Position numbers and translations under genes: made by a program | The notes under the pieces: model-generated | What the model was told of the DNA's origin: nothing | Seen by the model: only the letters and a program-made list of their open reading frames with translations | Databases searched by the model: none | Assembly: GCF_006345805.1 (NCBI RefSeq) | Contig: NC_043008.1 | Coordinates: 31,558,001-31,622,000, forward strand | Origin: Octopus sinensis | Lineage: Eukaryota | Direction: 5' to 3' | Length of the DNA: 64,000 nucleotides | In this document: positions 26,205-37,553 of the stretch, piece by piece | Layout: every line of letters starts with the position of its first letter | Numbering within the stretch: the first letter of the stretch is position 1

Positions 26205-26570
26205 ATAATATAAGGGATATTAGCCAACCGAATATGGCTAGGGACAGGGCAGGGTGGTGGGGGTGTCACTGTTGCATTTAGCCCCAGGCGAACATCAGCG
26301 TCACCAGATAGGCCTGACGCCATCACGGCGTCCTCTATCTTGCAAAGGGAGATCATTCACCAAGAAGCAGATACCACACACGGACCTAGGTTTGTGTGTG
26401 GTATCTGCGTCTTGGTGAATGATCTCCCTTTGCAAGATAGAGGACGCCGTGATGGCGTCAGGCCTATCTGGTGACGTTGATGTTCGCCTGGGGCTAAATG
26501 CAACAGTAACACCCCCACCACCCTGCCCTGTCCCTAGCCATATTCGGTTGGCTAATATCCCTTATATTAT
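26205..26570. repeat. 366-bp near-perfect palindrome with no spacer (foldback/MITE-like)
   Basis: 183-bp arms centred on acct|aggt (26387/26388) with about 5 mismatches; mirror-image ORFs on the two strands. Confidence 0.95.
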
Positions 26571-26944
26571 ATATATATATATATACATACATACATACAG
26601 ATGTATGTATATATATATATGCGTGTGTACTTGGATACATACAAATTTTCTTAACTTTATTTATACCTTATGAACGAATATTCCATTCTTACCCTATTTA
26701 TATTTAAATCTCCTCTATCATCTCATTTTAATTTACTCTTTTACTCTTTTACTTGTTTCAGTCATTTGACTGCAGCCATGCTGGAACACCGCCTTTAGAC
26801 GAGCAAATCGTCCCCGGAACTTATTCTTTGTAAGCCCAGTACTTATTCTATCGGTCTCTTTTGCCGAACCGCTAAGTAACGGGGATGTAAACACACCAGC
26901 ATTGGTTGTCAAGCAATGCTAGGGGGACAAACACAGACACACAA

Positions 26945-26997
<53 letters not shown>

Positions 26998-27418
26998 TAC
27001 GACAGGCTTCTTTCAGTTTCCGTCTACCAAATCCACTCACAAGGCATTGGTCGGCCCGGGGCTATAGCAGAAGACACTTGCCCAAGATGCCACACAGTGG
27101 GACTGAACCCGGAACTTGTTCATTTATTACTCTAATTCTATTTACCTTACTCTATTTTATCTCTGCAAACTCCTCGCCCGGTCATATGAAAATACTAGTC
27201 ATAAACAGTATCATTCAGTCTGCTAAAATGAATTCATAAACACATATAAAACATCCATTGGTATATTTTCCCCCTCTGAAGATATGCTCAAGTCACATGA
27301 ATTTAATATTTAATTAATTCAGAGAGTATTAATTAAACCAGCTGTAAGAGATGAGGATTGATTTGTTGTTAATAATAAACAAATACTGGTTTCCCAATCT
27401 CCATTTTCTTTTCTTCCT

Positions 27419-28230
27419 TATATATATATTATATAAAATCCGTTTTGTCTGTCTGTGTGTGTGTCTTCTAGGATTTCGGGCATCCACCATCCGATTGCAC
27501 TCAAATTTGATATGTAGATACCGACGGTATCAGGGCGTGTATAAGTCTTGAAAAAATTACAAAAGTCGATTCCAGGTGAGAATGCGATCGACAAAGCCGT
27601 GGGAACGTGCATTTGTACGCGCAAGTACATGAGCTGTTGCGATCGATACTACGCGTACGCGAGAAAAATGCACGTGCAGTTTGCGCAAAAGACCCGGCTA
27701 ATTTAACAATTAGAACTTTTCAAAATAGAACATAGTATAAGACGACCAAACCAACCGTGGATCGTCTTACAACCGTAACCGGGTCAGTTGAGGTCGCATG
27801 AAGTGACACTCTTGTTCATCAATAAAGAACACGTCTGGAACAGCTGTAGGGAACCGCAACCCGTCTGTGTCATTGTTTATTTTTCACCTAACTCGGAACC
27901 TTCCATACGTTTGGATATCGAGTCTATTCGACTATGGAATACGTGTAGTTAATGTACCCCTGGGTGCCTTTGATGGCACGTTGTGTATTCTTTCAGTATT
28001 TGTGAATGTATGCATAACTGGAAGGACAAACCCGTATTTACTTTGGTACGTACGTATATGTCCGTACACGTTGTTGGTACACAGGTGCGCTACCTCTCCC
28101 ACTCTACCGTTTATTATTTGAATACCTGATTCTTTCGGATCCGGAAAACTCACTCACACACACACACTTTCTCTCTCTCTCTCTAACACACACTTACATT
28201 TCGGGATCCGTAAGAATCAGGTATATAAAT
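27419..28230 (+). mobile_element. Non-autonomous Helitron/Helentron-like repeat; its body is repeated in inverted orientation at ~42487-42915
   Basis: Starts tataaaatccgttttgtctgtctgtgtgtg...ccgattgcactcaaatttg (DINE/HINE-like). 27708-28133 matches the reverse complement of 42487-42915. A terminal stem atacctgattct...agaatcaggtat lies at ~28122-28224. Confidence 0.55.
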
Positions 28231-28232
28231 AG

Positions 28233-28294
<62 letters not shown>

Positions 28295-28347
28295 ATGTGC
28301 ATGTGTGTGTGTGTTTGTGCGTGCGTGCGTGCGTGCGTGCGTGCGTG

Positions 28348-28382
<35 letters not shown>

Positions 28383-28429
28383 TGTGCGTGCGTGCGTGTG
28401 TGTGTGTGTATGTTTGTGTGTGTGTATTA

Positions 28430-29041
28430 TCGGGTAAAAAGGACTAATAAATCTAGGCAGACATCGTGTCAGCACTGAAAGTTTAAGCGAACTTGGTTAA
28501 CCACATCAAACGATAAGATACCAGTTGATCCAAATAGAATTAACATATACGGTAACTGTTGCGGAACTAGTAGAGAAGCTTGGATTTGGTCATTCAACCA
28601 TTCATCGACACCTGCGTGCCATTGGAAAACGATCATCTTTGGTTTCCAGAAGCAAGGTGTTCTTCCATCATGATAATGCTCGGCCACGTAAAGCAAGAAT
28701 GGCATTCCAAAGGCTGGAGCGGTTTGAATGGGAAACGATGCCCCACCCATCATATTCGTTGGATATTGCCCCGTCTGATTATCATTTATTCCGCAGTCTT
28801 CAAAACCATTTGGACGGAAAAAATATGAATTCTGTAGACGGGGCCAGAACAGAATTGGAGGAGTATTTTTCGTCATGGACAAGTAAATTTTGGAAGAGGG
28901 GCCTTGGAAGTCTATCAGAGTGATGGAAGAGCATTGTAGAATATAAAGGGGAATATATTTTAGATTAAAAAAGAACTTTATCTTAATTTTGAAAAATAAA
29001 GGAAGTATAAAATAAACCGCATTATTTATGGGATGACCCAA
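28430..29041 (+). mobile_element. 5'-truncated, internally deleted mariner (copy 1 of the tandem duplication)
   Basis: ORF 28525-28923 fuses the HTH (LGFGHSTIHRHL) to HHDNARP and HPSYSLDIAPSDYHLF; right TIR ccgcattatttatgggatgacccaa|TA. Confidence 0.88.
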
Positions 29042-29507
29042 TAAATCCAAAGATCGCTTAGAATATTCCAGAGAATAACAATACCAAGAATGGAGTATAT
29101 CACATCTGGATAAAGATGTGATATTCTTCATTCTTATTGATGTTGTTATATGTTTATGTGTGTATGTGTGTGTGCGTGTGTGTGTGTGTGTCACCGCCGC
29201 TTTACAACCGATGTTAGTTTGTTTACGCTCCCGTAATCTAGCGGCGTTTCGTCCAAAGAGATCGATAGACCGAAGTACTAGACTTTAAAAAACAAGTACC
29301 GAGGTCGATTCGTTCGACTAACACTCTTCAAGGCAGTGCACCAACATGGCCGCAATCCAATAACTGAAATGAGTGATAAAAGTTATTATGTACATACATA
29401 CATACATACATACATACATACATACATACATACATACATACATACATACATTCATACATACGTACATAAATACATACACAAATATGTCTATGTGCGTGTG
29501 TGTGTAT

Positions 29508-29566
<59 letters not shown>

Positions 29567-29619
29567 ATGTGCATGTGTGTGTGTGTTTGTGCGTGCGTGC
29601 GTGCGTGCGTGCGTGCGTG

Positions 29620-29650
<31 letters not shown>

Positions 29651-29698
29651 TGGTGCGTGCGTGCGTGTGTGTGTGTGTATGTTTGTGTGTGTGTATTA

Positions 29699-30310
29699 TC
29701 GGGTAAAAAGGACTAATAAATCTAGGCAGACATCGTGTCAGCACTGAAAGTTTAAGCGAACTTGGTTAACCACATCAAACGATAAGATACCAGTTGATCC
29801 AAATAGAATTAACATATACGGTAACTGTTGCGGAACTAGTAGAGAAGCTTGGATTTGGTCATTCAACCATTCATCGACACCTGCGTGCCATTGGAAAACG
29901 ATCATCTTTGGTTTCCAGAAGCAAGGTGTTCTTCCATCATGATAATGCTCGGCCACGTAAAGCAAGAATGGCATTCCAAAGGCTGGAGCGGTTTGAATGG
30001 GAAACGATGCCCCACCCATCATATTCGTTGGATATTGCCCCGTCTGATTATCATTTATTCCGCAGTCTTCAAAACCATTTGGACGGAAAAAATATGAATT
30101 CTGTAGACGGGGCCAGAACAGAATTGGAGGAGTATTTTTCGTCATGGACAAGTAAATTTTGGAAGAGGGGCCTTGGAAGTCTATCAGAGTGATGGAAGAG
30201 CATTGTAGAATATAAAGGGGAATATATTTTAGATTAAAAAAGAACTTTATCTTAATTTTGAAAAATAAAGGAAGTATAAAATAAACCGCATTATTTATGG
30301 GATGACCCAA
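29699..30310 (+). mobile_element. Same mariner remnant (copy 2 of the tandem duplication)
   Basis: Identical ORF translation at 29794-30192, offset by 1269 bp. Confidence 0.88.
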
Positions 30311-32398
30311 TAAATCCAAAGATCGCTTAGAATATTCCAGAGAATAACAATACCAAGAATGGAGTATATCACATCTGGATAAAGATGTGATATTCTTCAT
30401 TCTTATTGATGTTGTTATATGTTTATGTGTGTATGTGTGTGTGCGTGTGTGTGTGTGTGTCACCGCCGCTTTACAACCGATGTTAGTTTGTTTACGCTCC
30501 CGTAATCTAGCGGCGTTTCGTCCAAAGAGATCGATAGACCGAAGTACTAGACTTTAAAAAACAAGTACCGAGGTCGATTCGTTCGACTAACACTCTTCAA
30601 GGCAGTGCACCAACATGGCCGCAATCCAATAACTGAAATGAGTGATAAAAGTTATTATGTACATACATACATACATACATACATACATACATACATACAT
30701 ACATACATACATACATACATTCATACATACGTACATAAATACATACACAAATATGTCTATGTGCGTGTGTGTGTATATATATATATAATATATATATACA
30801 TGTACGTGCATCCATACTCTAACGCGCACACACGAGCGCTACTATTTATAAGTGTGAGTGTGTGTGTGTGTAGATCTAGTGATTATACGCACATGCCACT
30901 CACAGACATATACGTGCTGTTGAAAAAATAAAAGGAGTTGGTGGGGGTGATGTTTCTAAGTGTTGGTAGCAGGTTGTGTTTAGCAAAAGACATAGGGGGC
31001 AGTAGAGAAAGCGAAGTAATGTGGTGGTAGTAGTGTGAGGAGTGTGCTGACGATGGTAGCAGTGGTGGTGGTAGTGGTAGCAATGACAGTGTTGTCTGCA
31101 GTACTGCTGCCCTGTTTCATAGTGTTCATCGCTGGAGCACGACATGAAATACAAGCGAACGAACAAAACACTAACTAAATATGTGGAGTAAGCTGAAGAC
31201 GGATATTTCTGAGGGTTGTCTACTACATATGTTATTCAACAAATACTACGATCGGAGAAGGCGAATACGAAAGTAAATTTACAAGAGAGAACAAAAGAAG
31301 AAACAAGGCAAGCTATTTTAACGGAAACCCGACGGTGTTTACGTCCGAGAAAATGAAAAGAAGCAGAGGATGAATGAAAAGTAAAAATATTCAATTGACA
31401 TAATTTTGTTTCTACTTTGGATGTAATTAGAAGTGTCCTACTTGTATTGAAGCAACTATATGTGGATTAATTAATTCATTAATTAATGTTTCCATTTATC
31501 CGAACTTTCAAAACGTCGTCTAGAAAAGAAAACTCGTAATGCACATTTAATGTTATACACACATATTAATAATCTGTTTACTGTTCTAAGATTTTAAAAG
31601 ACGTGTTCGAAAACGCGCAGATTACGGATTATAAAAAAAATCATTTTCGTTGTTGTTTTCTTGTAATTTAAACGTATCTTTAGATACGTGTCTAGGATAA
31701 AGAGGAATTAACACAAGTTTTGGATTATCTATCTTTCTGTTGATATTGATATTCTAAGAATAACGATAGAGCAAGTGAACCATAAAGAATATTCGAACTT
31801 CTTTCAGGGCAAAATTATTAGATTCCTTTATTGATTGCTTTATTTGCTTTTCCTGTTACTAACTTTCAGTTCATTCATTTTTCCTCTCTCCACTTAGTTT
31901 TTATTTTACAAAATATATTTGCTCCACAGTTTATTAAAAATAACATGATTTGTAAGCATCCAAAACATCTCTATAAACTTTGACATTGTAAAGAAATGTT
32001 AATGTAAGCCCTATATACAACTCTCTCTCTCACTATATATATATATATATATATACTTGAACATATTATTTAACGTTATAGTAGGAAATACCAAGGTTGA
32101 ATTAATGCCTAATTGTATTCTTAATCTGCTCCATTAATAGAAAAAAAGTAATAAAGCCTCGGAAATTAACGAATGAGAAGCGTGTTCTAACACGCCGCGA
32201 ATCAGCTACTACAAAATTTAGATTGTTTTTTTTTTTAAATTTAATTAAACGAATCCAACATTTATTCCAGCCGAACATTCCTTTTCAAATTCGACACTGT
32301 ATAAAACGTATTCGAGTGTATGGGTGTCAACGGTTAAGCATCGTTGACTTTCTTAATGGGTTAAACTTATTCATATCTTCGCCTAAGTAACTGGACTA

Positions 32399-34165
32399 AT
32401 GAGCATTAATTCGTGGCTTTCCGTCAGAATTATGACTTTCATATTGTTGAATAGTTGTCTATATGTAACACCATCTCCTACACCAGCAGTTAGCAAGTTC
32501 GATCCTCCATCACACCATGGACAGCGGAAGTCTCAGGAATCTTACCAATACCAACAACAACGAAGACGTCTGCAGAGACAGTTGGCTCAACAACCAGCCA
32601 GCTATTGTTTAGAAATCTGGGACGACACCACTGTACCTTGTGAACAGGATTTAAATAACATATGCGTCAATGAAAATTGGTCTCTTCTGGATTTTACCAA
32701 ACGGAGAGACCATGCATCTTTAATCGCATCGTCATTTATAAACTCGATTGATTCTAACATTGACAAAGACAGCAACATCGATGCCAATGTCCAAGAATAT
32801 GTTGGTCATGGTGTACAAAGCCCTCAACGCAAATTAACCAATCATCTAAACAATCCATTATTTTCTTGGGGCCAGTGGAAAAATACATGTTTTCAAAGAT
32901 GGATGACTTTATTGAGGCGTCGTTTGAGTACGGCTCGACTCGGCGACTTAGTTATTCCAGGCACTCATAACAGTGCATCTTTCTCTGTATCACCAAATGG
33001 TACTTTAGTGGAAAAACTTTGGATTTCACGAGTTGCTTTGAGCCTTGGATTCAGTAACTATTTCAGCTCGTGGGCTAGAAACCATGACGACGGATTAGGT
33101 GCGCAGCTTAATGCTGGTTACCGATGTCTTGATTTACGAATCGCCTTGCTACCAAACGGAGGATTTTACTGGTGGCATGGGATATCTGGAGAGGCCATTG
33201 AGTCTGGCTTAAAAGAAATTGCTAATTTTGCGACAGAGAATCCAGGAGAGATTATTATACTTCTAATTTCCCACTTAAATGCACCCGGTAACGGAATTCA
33301 AGAGAAATTACCAATGCCAGGTGAGTCTAAGATCAAACTTGGTAAATATTTATTATCTATTTTAGGACCAAATCTTGTCCCAACTCGGAACATTTCTTTA
33401 AATCCTACCTTATCAAGTGTCATCTCTACGAGACGTAATGTCATTGCTCTGATCCGGGAAGATAAAGATTTAGTAAATGCCTTCCCGGATTATTTCTGGA
33501 GCGATGTCAACAACGAAACAGCTGTGGAAATGTTTGAACGAAGAACTAACCCACGAAGTATGTTTACACATCGTTCTGACATCATGCAGAAATATAAGAG
33601 GAATTTCCCTGACAGGTTAGCCATCACACCAGCTTTCGTGACACACAATGTTCCAAATGTGTTGGGGGGAATATTAAGAAGCAAACGCGTGGCTTGGGCT
33701 CTTTCTTTATTTTTGACAATTATGTTCTATCGATTAATCCAATCGTCCGAAAACAGGAACTTTACTAAATTCTTTTGTACCGGACTAAAAAGACGGAGTC
33801 CCGTAAAAGCTGCTAAAGTCACTGTGATATGCATTATGATTATTATGATTTCTGTGTATTTAGGGCATCTGCAGCATAGAACTATACTAAGACTTTTTGG
33901 ATTCGAGGGCAAAGCCAGTAATTTGCTAGAAATGGCCCGAATAGCCAATCTTTGCGGAGACGATCCATCTAAAGCTAATGGAGAGATAATGTATAAAGGT
34001 ATTAACACTATGATCCGACACTGGTCGGATAGAGAACAAGAATACAGACTGAACATCGTTCTGGTTGATGATTTTTCATCCAGTCAAGCGGTGAGGACAG
34101 CTATACAGGAAAACATTCGAAGGACAGATGTAGACAGATATAACACGAAAACAAAACTTAGTTGA
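32399..34165 (+). CDS. PI-PLC X-domain (PLCXD / bacterial PI-PLC-like) phosphodiesterase, single-exon ORF of 588 aa, with predicted signal peptide and two internal transmembrane-like segments
   Basis: Only long complex-sequence ORF, in a SINE-poor island. PI-PLC X motifs occur in order: IPGTHNSAS (His190), QLNAGYRCLDLR, WWHG (His260), PGEIIILLISH, and C-terminal LNIVLVDDF. Hydrophobic N-terminus; hydrophobic stretches at about aa431-447 and aa474-491. Confidence 0.9.
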   Translation: MSINSWLSVRIMTFILLNSCLYVTPSPTPAVSKFDPPSHHGQRKSQESYQYQQQRRRLQRQLAQQPASYCLEIWDDTTVPCEQDLNNICVNENWSLLDFTKRRDHASLIASSFINSIDSNIDKDSNIDANVQEYVGHGVQSPQRKLTNHLNNPLFSWGQWKNTCFQRWMTLLRRRLSTARLGDLVIPGTHNSASFSVSPNGTLVEKLWISRVALSLGFSNYFSSWARNHDDGLGAQLNAGYRCLDLRIALLPNGGFYWWHGISGEAIESGLKEIANFATENPGEIIILLISHLNAPGNGIQEKLPMPGESKIKLGKYLLSILGPNLVPTRNISLNPTLSSVISTRRNVIALIREDKDLVNAFPDYFWSDVNNETAVEMFERRTNPRSMFTHRSDIMQKYKRNFPDRLAITPAFVTHNVPNVLGGILRSKRVAWALSLFLTIMFYRLIQSSENRNFTKFFCTGLKRRSPVKAAKVTVICIMIIMISVYLGHLQHRTILRLFGFEGKASNLLEMARIANLCGDDPSKANGEIMYKGINTMIRHWSDREQEYRLNIVLVDDFSSSQAVRTAIQENIRRTDVDRYNTKTKLS

Positions 34166-34949
34166 CGAAATAACAGCACTGAACGCATCACACAACTAGA
34201 CACATTATCGTCCATACAGTATTATATATATATATATTATGTATAAGCAAAATCATAACTACAAACAACAAATCAATGCAATTGAAAAAAAAACAATCCA
34301 TTCCAAAAAAAATGTAATCATTTTATTTTTTTTATATTAAAATATTTAAATATTGTTTTGTTTTTATTTTTTCCTAAACGCACTTGTTAAATTATTTTTT
34401 CTCCATTTTTCTCACATTTTGTCTGCAACATACTTCTTAAAATGTGTTTCTATGCTTTTTCTCTCTCTCACACACAGACTTTCGGACTAGCAGCCCACAT
34501 AAGCTAGAATTATTCTGTTTTAGTAGGGATTTTTTACAATTGTTTTGTATCAAGCATTTCAAAACAATCGAGAGTAGAGGGGTAACCTTTTTTAAAAAAA
34601 TAAATCTTATTTATGTTTTAGAAACGTTTTCTCCCCCTCATCGTGCTTTTTGGTGGAATCGCAACCGCGACTAAAGTCGTTATTTTTCGTGATTTTATTG
34701 CATTCCACATTTTGAAACAAATGTATTTCGTTTTTTTTCAACCCTTCATCCCTTTCATCGAATTTTTCACGATTAAAATGAATTTATATTTTGATATTTT
34801 TTCGTTATAGTTCGTCGCCTTTTTCATACATTTGTGTCATAAATATATATATATGTGCGTGTTTGTGTGTAATAAATATATATATATATATTTATATAAT
34901 TTTTACAACGAAAAGTCCGATGAAAGCGACATTGCCTAAATTCGGAATA

Positions 34950-35134
34950 CGAGTGGGTGCTGAAAATTTCCTGGGTTTGGATAAAAGAAAATACAGGAGG
35001 ATCACTTAGTTCAGCATATTCTCCTCTCAAATTCACACACCTATTGCAGTGGTCCTTTAGTTTTTCTAAGCCATGTAAAAGAACTCGGAAGGTTGGGCTT
35101 AAAGTCAGGAACTTTCCAGCACCCCACCCCCTCG
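34950..35134 (-). mobile_element. Mariner-derived MITE (~185 bp)
   Basis: TA|cgagtgggtgctgaaaatttcct ... aggaactttccagcacccc...ctcg|TA; retains the transposase C-terminus GLEKLKDHCNRCVNLRGEYAE on the minus strand. Confidence 0.78.
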
Positions 35135-36384
35135 TAAGTATCAAACTTTTTCTTTGTATTCTTTTATTGTTTTACTTGTTTCAGTCATCTGACTGCGGCC
35201 ATGCTGGAGCACCGCCTTTAGCCGAGCAAATCGACCCCAGGATTTATTCTTTGTAAGCCTTCTATTTATTCTATCGGTCTCTTTTGCCGAACCGCTAAGT
35301 TACGGGGACGTAAATACACCAGCATCAGTTGTCAAGCGATGTTGGAGGGACAAGCACAGACACAAACATACATGTATACGACGGTCTTCTTTCAGTTTCC
35401 GTCTACCAAATCCACTCACAAGGCTTTGGTCGGCCGAGGCTATATTAGAAGACACTTGTCCAAGGACTTATAAATAAAATATTTTAATTGAAAACTTTAT
35501 TTAACGTTTGACTTGTATAACTATACTTAAAAACTAAACACACACACATAAATATATACATACCGGCTTCTTTCAGTTTCCGTCTATCTATTCCACTCAT
35601 AAGGTGTTGGTCGGCCCTAGGCTATAGTGGAAGACGCTTGTCCAAGGTGCCATGCAATGGGACTGAGTCAGTTCCTGATGTATGTATATATATATATATA
35701 TATCAATTATATATTAACATGGCACCTGTGCAAGGATGACATGCAAATTCGTGAAACGTTCCATTTTTTTTTTCATAGGCACAGGTGTGGCTGTGTGGTA
35801 AGAATTCCCAACCATATGGTTCCGGGTTCAGTCCCACTGCGTGGAATCTTGGACAAGTGTCTTCTAATATAGCCTCAGACCAACCAAAGCCTTGTGAGTG
35901 GATTTGGTAGACGGGAACTTAAAGAAGCCCGTCGTATATATATATGTATGTATTTGTTATTTGTGTCTGTTTGTCCCCCACCACCACCACCATCGCTTGA
36001 CAACCGATGTTGGTGTGTTTACGTCCCCGGTATCTAGCGGTTCTGCAAAAAGAGACCGACAGAATAGTATTAGGCATAGAAAGAATAAGTCCTGGGGTCG
36101 ATTTAGTAGGAGTTAGGTATGCTATTTAAAACGGTTTGATTCGAGCCATGCAAGTGTCATAGGCTTGAAGCTTAGCTCGTTGTGCTTAGGTAACCGAATC
36201 GTCTACCTCAGCCCGACAAGCTAAGATTCAAGCAAACGAAACGTTAAGTTGCAAGGAGCTATATCAAACTGTTTTAAAGAATCACACATACACATGCGCG
36301 CGGGCGTGTGTTTAATCTTCATTTTTTACGTCCACTTTCATGAATCAGATGGAATTTATACATATATTGCAACACACATCCTGA

Positions 36385-37553
36385 TATATGGCAATTTCTG
36401 TTTGTCTATCTAACTGTTACCATCTTGTTGCCCAAACCAGTGAACCAATCTTGACGAAACTTTCCATACGTGTTAAGCTAACATCCATTTGACTTATAGG
36501 CTAGTTGGATTTCCAAAATAATCTATAATGGACCCCCTAGGGTGGTTGAACTATTATTTGATAAAATGAGAAGGGTGCAAGAGTGTTAGTGTGAGGGAAA
36601 TATGATGACATAGTGAGTGTGGCTGATATCAGGTGTGGGGAGAACAAAGTTGTGTAAGCGACAAATATGGAGTGACAGTGGGATAGTAACGTTAATACAG
36701 CTGTCATTCAGGAATATACATGTAACGCTGCATATATACTTTTGTAAATACAGATACATGCATACACACACATGCACATACACATAAGTGACTTTTAAAA
36801 CGGTGGGTGTGATGAATACGTACCTATAAAGAGAAAAGGGATAAGTTGATAACAATTGTTTACGGGTGGCTTTTATGTTGTCCATCGCAAAGAAACTCTC
36901 TCATACACATATATATATATATATAAATACGCATACGTCTACTATACTCCTTTTGAACTGATTATGTGTGTTCGCTTGTAAATGTGTGTCATGTCCTATG
37001 TCTCTCTACATTTGTAGGACCTTCCCTGTTTCTATTACATATTGTGAAATTTTAAAATCATGTCAAAAGTTTCAAATTTGGTATACTGAAATAATTTTCC
37101 ACGTTAAATCCGATTTTTTTTATCTATTTGTTGCAGAAAAATGTCACTAAGGTTTGGGTTTTGTGCGTTTAATCAATTTTGCTTAATCAGAAAAGATTTG
37201 AAAGTCGGCATTTTCTGCATGATAACCGTCTGTCCCAAAAACGAAAGCAAAGTCATTACGAGGAGGAATTTTTATTAAAGCAAAGCATTACGACGATCAA
37301 AGTTGTAAGAACTTCTGAAGTTTTAATAAGTTTTAATGAATAAAGTCATGTGAAACGGTCGAACAGACATGTAAATAATTTAAAAAGAAAAACAAATCCT
37401 CAACGAAGTTTCTTTGCGAAAAATTGCGCAAGTCTGTCCTGATCAAGAGACCTATCTGTCAGGGAAGGCATGGTCTGGCATGGAATAAACAAAACTTTAT
37501 ATAAGACATTCTATTGTAAAAAATTACCTGGCAACGACGGGCTATTCAGCTTG
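36385..37553 (+). mobile_element. Old non-autonomous Helitron-like element
   Basis: 5' tctgtttgtct...tgaaccaatcttgacgaaactt; 3' degenerate hairpin cctggcaacgacggg followed by attcagcttg|t (CTAG-like). Confidence 0.5.

Larger units (their letters stand above)
28236..30800. repeat. Tandem duplication with ~1269-bp period
   Basis: Three ORF pairs with identical translations at +1269; visible differences are confined to the microsatellite tracts. Confidence 0.92.

Noticed and set aside
25784-26673. Two divergent ORFs with near-identical N-termini (MISLCKIEDAVMASG...)
   Set aside because: Mirror products of the 366-bp palindrome, running into (TA)n.
27867-28153. ORF pair matching 42361-42773, suggesting a duplicated gene
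   Set aside because: Dispersed repeat copies in opposite orientation; open on both strands with no protein motif.
28469-29194. 241-aa minus-strand ORF (and its duplicate at 29738-30463)
   Set aside because: Antisense to a mariner remnant and starts in a microsatellite.
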